Virus record (IMG/VR): IMGVR_UViG_2897328257_000006 | Span: 1-33,057 of that record | Length of the DNA stretch: 33,057 bases | Direction: 5' to 3' (one strand) | Source of the DNA: a virus | Lineage: Duplodnaviria > Heunggongvirae > Uroviricota > Caudoviricetes | In this document: positions 1 through 8,641 of the stretch, one piece after another | How the letters are laid out: each line of letters starts with the position of its first letter | Position numbering within the stretch: the stretch's first letter is position 1 | Notes under the pieces: model-generated | Database searches by the model: none | Seen by the model: the letters and a program-made list of their open reading frames with translations, nothing else | Told to the model about the DNA's origin: nothing | Translations under genes and position numbers: made by a program

Positions 1-1362
1 ATGTTTAAACCGGAACTCCTTTCCCCGGCGGGAACGCTGAAAAATATGCGTTACGCTTTCGCTTATGGCGCAGATGCTGTTTATGCGGGCCAGCCGCGTT
101 ATTCCCTGCGTGTGCGCAACAACGAATTCAACCACGAAAATCTTCAGCTCGGCATCAATGAAGCCCACGCGCTGGGGAAAAAGTTTTATGTCGTGGTCAA
201 CATTGCACCGCACAACGCCAAGCTGAAAACCTTTATCCGTGACCTGAAACCGGTGGTGGAAATGGGGCCGGATGCGCTGATTATGTCCGATCCAGGGCTG
301 ATTATGCTGGTGCGTGAGCACTTCCCTGAAATGCCGATCCACCTTTCGGTGCAGGCTAACGCCGTGAACTGGGCGACGGTGAAATTCTGGCAGCAAATGG
401 GCCTGACCCGCGTGATCCTCTCTCGCGAGCTGTCGCTGGAAGAGATTGAAGAGATCCGCAATCAGGTGCCGGATATGGAGATCGAGATCTTCGTTCACGG
501 CGCGCTGTGCATGGCCTACTCCGGTCGCTGCCTGCTCTCTGGCTATATCAACAAGCGCGACCCGAACCAGGGCACCTGCACCAACGCCTGCCGCTGGGAG
601 TACAACGTCCAGGAAGGGAAAGAAGATGATGTTGGCAACATCGTACACAAGTACGAGCCGATTCCGGTGCAAAATGTTGAGCCGACGCTGGGTATCGGCG
701 CACCAACCGACAAAGTGTTTATGATCGAAGAGGCCCAGCGTCCGGGCGAGTATATGACCGCGTTTGAAGATGAGCACGGCACTTACATCATGAACTCGAA
801 AGATCTGCGCGCCATCGCCCATGTAGAACGCCTGACCAAAATGGGCGTGCATTCGCTGAAAATCGAAGGTCGTACCAAATCTTTCTACTATTGTGCACGC
901 ACCGCACAGGTTTACCGCAAAGCTATCGATGACGCCGCTGCGGGAAAACCGTTCGATACCAGCCTGCTGGAAACTCTGGAAGGTCTGGCGCATCGTGGCT
1001 ATACCGAAGGTTTCCTGCGTCGTCATACTCACGACGATTATCAGAACTACGAATACGGTTATTCAGTTTCTGACCGCCAGCAGTTTGTTGGTGAGTTTAC
1101 CGGTGAGCGCAAGGGGGACCTCGCGGCGGTAGCGGTGAAAAATAAATTCTCCGTTGGCGACAGCCTTGAGCTGATGACGCCGCAAGGCAACATTAATTTT
1201 ACCCTTGAGCACATGGAAAACGCCAAAGGCGAAGCTATGCCGATAGCACCAGGCGATGGTTATACTGTGTGGCTCCCGGTCCCGCAGGATCTTGAGCTCA
1301 ATTACGCGCTGCTGATGCGTAATTTCTCCGGGGAAACCACGCGTAATCCCCACGGTAAGTGA
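1..1362 (+). CDS. yegQ: U32-family peptidase-like protein YegQ/TrhP (tRNA hydroxylation), complete 453 aa
   Basis: ORF starts at base 1 with ATG; protein MFKPELLSPAGTLKNMRYAFAYGADAVYAGQPRY... matches the E. coli YegQ sequence and length as I recall it; lies immediately upstream of cyaR as in E. coli K-12. Confidence 0.9.
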   Translation: MFKPELLSPAGTLKNMRYAFAYGADAVYAGQPRYSLRVRNNEFNHENLQLGINEAHALGKKFYVVVNIAPHNAKLKTFIRDLKPVVEMGPDALIMSDPGLIMLVREHFPEMPIHLSVQANAVNWATVKFWQQMGLTRVILSRELSLEEIEEIRNQVPDMEIEIFVHGALCMAYSGRCLLSGYINKRDPNQGTCTNACRWEYNVQEGKEDDVGNIVHKYEPIPVQNVEPTLGIGAPTDKVFMIEEAQRPGEYMTAFEDEHGTYIMNSKDLRAIAHVERLTKMGVHSLKIEGRTKSFYYCARTAQVYRKAIDDAAAGKPFDTSLLETLEGLAHRGYTEGFLRRHTHDDYQNYEYGYSVSDRQQFVGEFTGERKGDLAAVAVKNKFSVGDSLELMTPQGNINFTLEHMENAKGEAMPIAPGDGYTVWLPVPQDLELNYALLMRNFSGETTRNPHGK

Positions 1363-1394
1363 TTAATTTCGATTATTTTTCCCGGATGGAAAAT

Positions 1395-1446
1395 TCTTAG
1401 AAACCGATCACATACAGCTGCATTTATTAAGGTTATCATCCGTTTC
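1395..1446 (+). promoter_or_regulatory. Putative cyaR promoter (-10 TATCAT at 1434..1439; possible CRP half-site TCACA near 1408)
   Basis: TATCAT hexamer ends 7 nt before the inferred sRNA 5' end; cyaR is known to be CRP-activated; only one CRP half-site is clear by eye. Confidence 0.45.
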
Positions 1447-1533
1447 GCTGAAAAACATAACCCATAAAATGCTAGCTGTACCAGGAACCACCTCCTTAGC
1501 CTGTGTAATCTCCCTTACACGGGCTTATTTTTT
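1447..1533 (+). ncRNA. cyaR: CyaR (RyeE) Hfq-binding small RNA, 87 nt
   Basis: Sequence GCTGAAAAACATAACCCATAAAATGCTAGCTGTACCAGGAACCACCTCCTTAGCCTGTGTAATCTCCCTTACACGGGCTTATTTTTT matches remembered E. coli CyaR; terminator hairpin (CCTGTGTAA/TTACACGGG) plus T-run at the 3' end; correct position between yegQ and a P2 ogr gene. Confidence 0.85.
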
Positions 1534-1534
1534 A
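1507..1534. repeat. att core copy 1 (host cyaR 3' end / prophage ogr-proximal junction), AATCTCCCTTACACGGGCTTATTTTTTA
   Basis: Exact 28-bp direct repeat of 32555..32582; its reverse complement contains the remembered 27-bp P2 att core AAAAAATAAGCCCGTGTAAGGGAGATT. Confidence 0.9.
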
Positions 1535-1596
1535 CGCGTAATACAATGAAATAAAAGGATTTATTTCTGGTCACGTCCACACATTGACCACATCGA

Positions 1597-1621
1597 CAAA
1601 AAAGCCCCTCGACTGAGGGGC
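1597..1621 (-). terminator. Rho-independent terminator downstream of ogr
   Basis: Stem GCCCCTC/GAGGGGC (1604..1610 and 1615..1621) with 4-nt loop; on the minus strand it is followed by a run of T (complement of A-run 1597..1603), just past the ogr stop. Confidence 0.6.
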
Positions 1622-1634
1622 TTCCTGTATGTAA

Positions 1635-1853
1635 TTACATCCACATAATTTGCTGCCCTGACGGCAACGGGTGCGGTCTTACGGCGTGGACTTCTCCCGG
1701 CTTCACGATGTATCGCTGTACCGACTCATAAGTGATGAACGTGGCGCTGCAATTCACGTTCTGACACTGGTGATAACGCTCTTTTGTCGTGTCAGTGATA
1801 TAGCGGCTTGTACGCGCATGTGCGGCATGCTGGCATAAAGGACAATGAAACAT
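1635..1853 (-). CDS. ogr: Ogr late-gene transcriptional activator (C4 zinc finger), 72 aa
   Basis: MFHCPLCQHAAHARTSRYITDTTKERYHQCQNVNCSATF... matches P2 Ogr; internal ATG at 1853 chosen over the longer track ORF because it is preceded by a GGAAGAGG Shine-Dalgarno sequence and gives the known 72-aa length. Confidence 0.92.
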   Translation of the reverse strand: MFHCPLCQHAAHARTSRYITDTTKERYHQCQNVNCSATFITYESVQRYIVKPGEVHAVRPHPLPSGQQIMWM

Positions 1854-1934
1854 CGCGAGCACCTCTTCCGGTTTTGTTGATGGTGCCATTTTAGTTAATT
1901 TATCCTTATAAAACAAACAGATAAAATAAAAACA

Positions 1935-3098
1935 TCACTCATTATATTCTGTTTCGTACTCCACATCAGAAAGCCTGACCTCAAGCTCCAAGGACGTCGT
2001 GAAGCCGCTATTATTCAGAAAATGTGTCACCTTAGTGATTGTCCAGTCCTGCTCGTCTATGACGCGCTTAAAGCCTGACACTTTAACCGGTGTTTCCGTG
2101 TAAATATCTGCCCGACCGGTAGCCAGGCTGATGGAGAACTCCGCCACACCCCGTTGCAGTTTATCCCACTTCGCCTGAGCGGCGCGCATGGCCTGCGCTT
2201 TCGTGGCATATACCGTAGTCAGGGCAAAAACGTTGTCAGCCTCACCGGCCATGTATTCACCTTCGCGCGCTTCCGGTACTTTTGGCGCTTTCTTCTGCGT
2301 GACCGGTTTTGCTTTCGGGTGCTCCAGTGCGCGCAGGTGTTTTTCTTTCTTTTTGCGTTTCAGTTTTACCTTCTGCTTTTGTGGTTTCGGGTCTTTGGTG
2401 TGTAACCACTTTGCCGTTACGCCGGTGTAAGCTCCACGGTCAGCAATCGCAAAATGATGACGGTCGCCGTCGCTGCGGGTGATGGTAATCTGCGGGATTT
2501 TTTTACCACTGGCCGTCACCCCCTGCCCCGCTTTGAGAAACAGCAGTTTTCCCATTTTTACCGACACCTCGCCGCCGTTACGTTCTGCAAGACGGGTCAG
2601 AAATTTCGCATCAGACTCCTGCGACTGGTCGATGTGCGGGATTTTAATTCCGGCCAGTGACGGAGCGACACTGGCTTCCAGCCTGTTACGGGAGGCTATC
2701 GCCTCAACAATCGCACCGAGCGTGGTGTCATGCCATGAGCCTTCACGGCGGGAATTGAGCGTCCCGCGAAAATCTGCACTCCGGGCGCGGATGGTGACCA
2801 CATCCGGCGCGCCCCGGTGTTCAACCTCATCAACGGTGAATTTCCCTTTGCATACCAGGGCAAAACCTTTCCAGCCGATATACACCGTCAGGACAGCGCC
2901 ACGAACCGGCAGCCCAACCTGCCCGTCGGCATCGTTCAGTTCAATATCAAGCTGGTCAGCCTCAAAGCCCCGGTTATCCGTCAGAGTCATGCTCATCAGA
3001 CGGTCACTGATATTGCCGGTAATATCCCTGCTGTCGAGCATCAGCATGTAATCCGGCGTCAGCGTACTGCCTGCATCAAATGTCAGCGCATCCAGCAT
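1935..3098 (-). CDS. D: Tail protein D (387 aa)
   Basis: 387-aa ORF in the P2 position after ogr; length and N-terminus MLDALTFDAGSTLTPDYMLMLDSRDITG consistent with P2 gpD. Confidence 0.9.
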   Translation of the reverse strand: MLDALTFDAGSTLTPDYMLMLDSRDITGNISDRLMSMTLTDNRGFEADQLDIELNDADGQVGLPVRGAVLTVYIGWKGFALVCKGKFTVDEVEHRGAPDVVTIRARSADFRGTLNSRREGSWHDTTLGAIVEAIASRNRLEASVAPSLAGIKIPHIDQSQESDAKFLTRLAERNGGEVSVKMGKLLFLKAGQGVTASGKKIPQITITRSDGDRHHFAIADRGAYTGVTAKWLHTKDPKPQKQKVKLKRKKKEKHLRALEHPKAKPVTQKKAPKVPEAREGEYMAGEADNVFALTTVYATKAQAMRAAQAKWDKLQRGVAEFSISLATGRADIYTETPVKVSGFKRVIDEQDWTITKVTHFLNNSGFTTSLELEVRLSDVEYETEYNE

Positions 3099-3577
3099 TA
3101 TCCCGCCCCCGTCATACCCGTGAATCTGGTCGCCATACTGCCAGCCTTACCGATGAGCGATTCCGCCTGTTTACCGATATCGCCATAAAGCGCGGCCAGT
3201 GATTCATCAACGCGGGTGAGCGACAGCGTAAAATCAATTTTCCGGGGTGTGCCGTCTGCAAAGAAAATACTCCCTGTTTCACTCACCCTGCTGATGACAT
3301 ACATGCCGTAAATCATGCCGGTGCCATCCAGCAACGGCCACGCCCGGCCTTCCTCTGCCATCAGTCTGAGCGTGGTCATCGTCAGCTTCCCGCCGGTCAG
3401 TTCGGGATAAAGCACGCCGGCAAGCGTGATGTTTTCCTCACCCACACCGAGAAACTGAAAGGCATCCCGTTTACCGATACGGGAATTTGACGGCCAGCGA
3501 TAATCTGATTCACGCTGCATGGTCTGGTGTGGCAGCGTCTGGCGCATAAAAACAAACATACCTAACGCGAGCATCAT
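3098..3577 (-). CDS. U: Tail protein U (159 aa)
   Basis: 159-aa ORF in P2 synteny between T and D; overlaps the D start by one base. Confidence 0.88.
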   Translation of the reverse strand: MMLALGMFVFMRQTLPHQTMQRESDYRWPSNSRIGKRDAFQFLGVGEENITLAGVLYPELTGGKLTMTTLRLMAEEGRAWPLLDGTGMIYGMYVISRVSETGSIFFADGTPRKIDFTLSLTRVDESLAALYGDIGKQAESLIGKAGSMATRFTGMTGAG

Positions 3578-3591
3578 TTTTCGTCACCTCC

Positions 3592-5710
3592 TTAACCGTC
3601 ATGCATCATGCTGGCACGGGCGCGCGCACGTTTATCCCGCTCGTATTTTTCGAGCGCATCCTGTAACTGGCGGTCGAGCTGTGTCCCCGGCGCAGTACCG
3701 CCCGTCAGGCTGATGTGATATTCGTTTTTACTCTGGTCCACATAAGAGCGGCCAGCCGGTGCCGTAACTGGCTGATAAGCCTGATAGCCAGCATAAGAGC
3801 TGGTCGCCGGAATATAACCACCGGTGCCATACGTGGCGGCACGAGTTCTGGCGGCGGTCTGGTCAAGCGTGCCTGACTCTTTGTTGATGACGCCGAGTTT
3901 TTCCAGTACCCAGTCAATACCGCTGCGCAGTTTGTTGAACGCATTAAGCGGCAGCATCAGCGCGTCAGCCAGTGCCTGCCCGAACATGACGCCCGTGTCA
4001 CGGCAACGGTTCAGGGTGTCCTGGGTGGCTTTGACCGGGGCAATCAGGTTTTTAAACCACTGCCACGCGGCCTGTAACTTTTCACCCAGCCAGTCAAACA
4101 CCGGCTTAAGTGGCGTGAACAGCTCCCCCACCGGCGCAAATGCCGCTTTCAGCCCTTCAACCACACCGCCAAAGAATGCGCTGACAGGCTCCCAGTATTT
4201 ACGGATAAGTAACGCCCCGGCGACAATAGCGGCCACCACAGCCACAACCGGCCAGCTAATCGCCCCGATGGCGGTCATAACAGCACTGCCAACCGTCGTG
4301 AAAATTGCCCCCATTGCGCCTGCTGCCGCGATGATGGCATTAATGCCGGTGATAACCGGCCAGGCTACAAGACCAATGGCACCGATGATGCCAGTAAGCG
4401 CCAGTGCGCCACCGACAATGAGGCCGATGGTTGACGCCAGTGATTTGTTTTTCTGTATCCAGCCGTCGAGTTTTAACACATACTTTGTGGCCGTCTGCGT
4501 GAGCTTACGCAGCGCGCCTTCCTGCTGGTCAAACAGGTCAGTCCCCACCGCCTCATAAGCGGACTGAAACTCCTTAAAGTCACCGCCGAGGTTGTCCTGC
4601 ATGATATTTACCAGCTCGGCGGTCTTCCCGTCTGAGGCTTTAAACGCAGCGGTCAGTTTGTCCAGCTTTCCGGTTGAGGCGGCAGTCATCAGCACGGCGG
4701 CGGCTGAGCTGGCCTCCTCACCGAAAATAGTTTTCATGTATTCAGCCTGCTGGGCAGTACCGAGCCGGTTTTTCTCAAAACTGGCCTGCATTTCTTTCAG
4801 AATGGTAAATACTGGTCGGGTATTCCCTTTACTGTCTGAGGTTTTCACGCCAAGCTCTTTCAGTGCATCCCATGCTTTTCCCGTCGGTGCCTGCAGGCGG
4901 CTTAACACGGCACGGCTTCCCGTCCCCGCCATTGAACCGGTAATTTTTGCATCATGCAGTGCCCCGACCATTGCGGCGGTTTCTTCAATGCTGACACCGG
5001 CATTTTTTGCCACAGGTGCGGCATAGGTCAGCGCATCGCTCATGCCATCAAAATCGGCGGCGGTTTTGTTCATCGTCATGGAGAGAACATCCCCGATATG
5101 AGCGACCTTATCGTTTGAAAGCTGAAAGGCGGATTTCATCCCCATCAGCAGGGCGGCGTTTTCTTCCATCGTGCGACGGTTCGCCAGCGCCATATTCAGC
5201 GTGACCGGCGTTGCCGCCTGAATGGCATCAACATCCCCACCGGCTTTCGCAATAATAATCTGCGCACCGGCTGCATCATCTGCCGAGGCTGCGGTATTGT
5301 CGCCGAGCTGGCGCGCCTGCTTGCGTAGCGCGGCCATTTCGGCGGAGTCTTTTGCCACACCGAGCACAGCCTGCAATTCTGAGTTTTTCTGCGCAAACTC
5401 ATAACCGGGCATCAGCAACTTAACTCCGGCCATCGTTCCCGCCGCCGCAATCCCCACACCGGCAGCGCCCACTGAGGCCATATTTCCGGCCAGTTCCTTG
5501 CCTGCCTGATAACGCTGTTTGACTGCGTTAAGTTTTGCCTGTTGTGCACTGACACGCGCCAGTGCGTCACGCTGACGGTTAAGCTGTGCGGTGGTTTCAC
5601 TGATACGGTTTTTCAGTCCCTGCTCATCATGTGCAAGATTGCGGGTATTAATTCCCACAGCGGCCAGTTCCCGCTGCTGGCGTTTAACGGAGTCCGTCAG
5701 GCGGTTATAT
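3592..5710 (-). pseudogene. T: Tape-measure protein T, 5'-truncated (about 704 codons remain; no in-frame start outside the FI overlap)
   Basis: Long ORF with typical tape-measure composition (Ala/Gly-rich, hydrophobic segment IGLIVGGALALTGIIGAIGLVAWPVITGINAIIAAAGAMGA); the first 24 codons of the track ORF overlap FI coding sequence in another frame, and P2 gpT is 815 aa as I recall. Confidence 0.65.
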
Positions 5711-6580
5711 GTAGTTTTCAAAGAGGAACAGCGGGTCATCAGAGCAGGTACGGTTACCCCAGAAGCGGAAACCGTCACGGCGAATCAGCGTTGTGACACC
5801 TGACTCGTTCAACAGGTCAGCATCGGTGCCGGACTCCTGCAAATCCCAGAATACAGAGGCACTGATGCCGGTAACACCGTTTACCCCGACGTTGGACAGC
5901 GTTTTATGCCAGCCCTGCTCCTGGTCGATTTTAGCGCGCAGGCCCAGCGCACGGGCGGTGGCATACGCGGTGGCGGTGGTACTGGCGACCGTATCCCATG
6001 CGAGGAAATCCGGCCAGATGACCATCAGCTCACGCTGGCTGAAATTCTGACGGTAGGCTTTCACCTCGGAAATGGTTTTACAGTCCCATGCGCTGATATA
6101 CCCGAAAGCGCGCAGCTTCTGACAGACTGATGCCAGTGCAACAGCCACCTCTTTGGTGTCCAGTCCCGGCACACCGAGAATGCGAGGTTTAACACCGGTT
6201 ACCGACTCCGCCGCCAGCAGGGCTTTCAGTCCGGTGTACTGACCGTTTTCGTCGGTGGTGCCGATGATATTGGAAACGGTCTGCGCGAGTTTCGTTTCCT
6301 CGTCGTCGCCGGTGCCGTCTTCCACACGCACGACAACGGTGACCGGTTTTGACTGGTCGGCGATAGCCTGCAACGATGCCGCCAGCGTGCCTTTTTTACC
6401 GGCCTTTGCAATTGCGCTTTGCACATTGGTAATCAGCACCGGTTTATTGAGGGGGAAGGTTTCCGCATCCGCATCGCTGGCCGTGCAGACCATGCCGACA
6501 ATGGCAGTGGATACAGTGGAAATGACGCGGGTGCCGTCGTTAATCTCCAGCACCTGCACGCCGTGATGATAGTCACTCAT
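5705..6580 (-). pseudogene. FI: Tail sheath protein FI, 3'-truncated (291 aa versus about 396 aa in P2)
   Basis: N-terminus MSDYHHGVQVLEINDGTRVISTVSTAIVGMV... matches P2 FI; reading frame ends ...LFLFENYI-stop at 5705, where P2 FI continues; good RBS GGAG upstream of the ATG at 6580. Confidence 0.7.
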
Positions 6581-6684
6581 CCGTTTAACTCCGTGGTTAA
6601 TGGGTGCAACTATTTTCTGTTGGGCAGTGCATGAGACGCTATTTGACCTGGCTGGTCAGTGGATGAAACAACAGATAAAGAAAA

Positions 6685-6703
6685 GGCGGGCAATTCGCCC
6701 GCC
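6685..6703. terminator. GC-rich hairpin GGCGGGC-AATT-CGCCCGCC upstream of FI, flanked by an A-run; possible terminator or boundary element
   Basis: Perfect 7/8-bp GC stem with 4-nt loop seen directly; lies between the late tail operon start and the cargo region; function not established. Confidence 0.35.
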
Positions 6704-6798
6704 TGTCCTGATTTGTACTCACTCATTTCCCAACTGGCAACTTACATAGCCAAAACGCTATCAAATCTGACAGTCTGCTTTGAGCGAGAAGCGGAAGT

Positions 6799-7065
6799 AT
6801 GAAACTTGTTCTCACCACCGATGAAGCATTACAAACAATGCAGTTAGTTTATCAACGGGCAGGATCAGGGCGTACTCTCAAGCGGTTTAAGATTGATAAC
6901 CTCAGGTACATTCATCTTGCCACGTTTCATATAGCGTATTTGCGACAGAGTTCATGTGAAGAAACACCGACTACGAGGATGATATTCATGTTGTATTGTT
7001 CGGGAAATCACTTCTTCATATGGAACCCTCATCACACTTACAAAACCATTATTAACATAGCTTAA
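6799..7065 (+). CDS. Hypothetical 88-aa protein (orphan ORF at the edge of the cargo hotspot)
   Basis: Only ORF of 60 aa or more on either strand in 6600..7300; weak RBS-like GGAAG just upstream; no recognisable motif. Confidence 0.25.
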   Translation: MKLVLTTDEALQTMQLVYQRAGSGRTLKRFKIDNLRYIHLATFHIAYLRQSSCEETPTTRMIFMLYCSGNHFFIWNPHHTYKTIINIA

Positions 7066-7079
7066 GTGTTAATCAAAAT

Positions 7080-7305
7080 TGAGCCATTCACATTACATTA
7101 GGTAAGGCATCTTACTAAAAATATTGTAATGTTTTGTTTTTAAAGATAAAGATTTCAGGTTGAAAACCAAAAATTTTTAGTTAAAAATATTTATGGTGTA
7201 TGTAAAAAATGATAAGGTAGTGATAAGACATAAGTTTGTAAAACACATGTTAAATTTCAATGCTGATGAAAAAGCTTAGCGTTAATCAAAACAGGAGCAA
7301 GAAGA
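7080..7305 (+). promoter_or_regulatory. AT-rich putative promoter region for the cargo operon (e.g. TTGAAA at 7160..7165)
   Basis: About 200 bp of very AT-rich sequence immediately upstream of a strong RBS (AGGAG 7293..7297); several -35/-10-like hexamers, none decisive. Confidence 0.4.
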
Positions 7306-8136
7306 TTGAAAGTTATTAGCTTAATCAATATGAAAGGTGGCGTTGGTAAGTCAACATTGGCTACCAATATTGCTAATCATCTTTCAGATAAACTTGGGCA
7401 AAAAATATTATTAATAGATATCGACCCACAATTTAACGCAACGCAATGTGTAATGGATACAAGCAAATATGTTGCACATATGAAAAGCGGAGGCGATAGC
7501 ATATGTGATATTTTTTATAGTTCAAAAATTCGACTATCTACAATGACTGGTCCTTTAGTTAACACACCTAAAGAATTAGCCGATATAACACCAATTCAAT
7601 TAAATGATAATTTTCACATTGTTCCCGGAAGCCTTGGGCTATATAAAATTGAAATGAAACCAGGAGAAGGGATAGAAAACAAGCTTAGACGCTTTCTTAA
7701 AATCCATGAAAATGACTATGATTATGTCATAATTGATACCCCACCAACCCCATCAGTTTGGATGTCCAGCGCATTAATTGCATCTGATTATTACCTCATT
7801 CCAGCCAAACCCGATCCTCTTTCGATCACTGGTATCGATCTATTAGATAGCATTATAAATGAGAAGAGAGAAAATTTCGATCTTAAGATTGAATGTGCGG
7901 GCATAGTTTTTAATATGGTTGAAGGTAATAGTAATTTATATGAGGAAAGTCTTCGTTACTTCAATAATCAAAAACGTTGGCGTAATAAGATCTTTAAATC
8001 ATATTTGAGCAAACGTACTGAGTTGGCAAGAAATCAAACAAGAGGCTTATTTATTAACAATTTAACGGATGAGGATATGAAGTTTTCGCTGTCTAAAATT
8101 ACTGACGAACTTCTCTCTAGAGTAGGTGACTTATGA
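7306..8136 (+). CDS. ParA/MinD/Soj-family P-loop ATPase (276 aa), cargo gene 1
   Basis: Deviant Walker A KGGVGKST near the N-terminus, DIDPQ motif, Walker B-like YVIIDTPP; TTG start preceded by AGGAG at 8-nt spacing; AT-rich relative to the phage backbone. Confidence 0.8.
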   Translation: MKVISLINMKGGVGKSTLATNIANHLSDKLGQKILLIDIDPQFNATQCVMDTSKYVAHMKSGGDSICDIFYSSKIRLSTMTGPLVNTPKELADITPIQLNDNFHIVPGSLGLYKIEMKPGEGIENKLRRFLKIHENDYDYVIIDTPPTPSVWMSSALIASDYYLIPAKPDPLSITGIDLLDSIINEKRENFDLKIECAGIVFNMVEGNSNLYEESLRYFNNQKRWRNKIFKSYLSKRTELARNQTRGLFINNLTDEDMKFSLSKITDELLSRVGDL

Positions 8137-8639
8137 CTGACAAAAAAAATAACTCAAAAGAAATTAAGCAACTGTTAAACTTTTTAGAGGAGTTTTCCTT
8201 TATTTCAAAAAAATTATCAAGAATCAACTTTATTGAATTACTTCAAGATAGTTATACTGATAATTTAGAAGTTAACGAAAGAAATTCAAAGTCCAAAAAA
8301 AATGATATTAAAGGTTTCCTTGTTGGGTATCTTCCGAGGATTTTATTAGACAAAGATCTCTTCCAAAAAAATAAAGATATAGATGATTTTGCACGCATGT
8401 TAGGTATCGAAATCAGCAGGCCTGAAAAAAGATCTAGAGAGGAAATGATCGGCATAATCGTGTGTGACGTTCACGAGAAAAACTCATCCGATTTAGGTAA
8501 GGCTTATAATATTATCAATTCAATGTCAAATAACCCTCAAGTTTTGAGTAGAATAAAAGAGAGGAAGAACCTTTCTAGCGCTCAAAATGAGATATATGAC
8601 TGGAATGAAGTTATAAAAGATATATTCAATAAGGACTAA
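8133..8639 (+). CDS. Hypothetical charged (Lys/Glu/Asn-rich) 168-aa protein, cargo gene 2
   Basis: ATG overlaps the stop of gene 1 (ATGA), preceded by AGGTGA; no motif recognisable by eye. Confidence 0.7.
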   Translation: MTDKKNNSKEIKQLLNFLEEFSFISKKLSRINFIELLQDSYTDNLEVNERNSKSKKNDIKGFLVGYLPRILLDKDLFQKNKDIDDFARMLGIEISRPEKRSREEMIGIIVCDVHEKNSSDLGKAYNIINSMSNNPQVLSRIKERKNLSSAQNEIYDWNEVIKDIFNKD

Positions 8640-8641
8640 CA

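Noticed and set aside
2154-5404. Many plus-strand ORFs of 60-244 aa overlapping the D, U and T genes (for example 2479..3051 and 3824..4558)
   Set aside because: They lie antisense to long, well-supported phage structural genes with P2-matching products, have Ala/Ser/Pro/Arg-rich low-complexity translations typical of shadow ORFs in GC-rich coding DNA, and lack convincing RBSs.
6581-6700. Ogr-dependent late promoter dyad (TGT-N12-ACA) upstream of FI, and equivalents upstream of V, O and P
   Set aside because: I could not find a clean TGT-N12-ACA element at the expected position by eye (only partial matches such as CTGTTG...CAACAG), so no late promoters are annotated.
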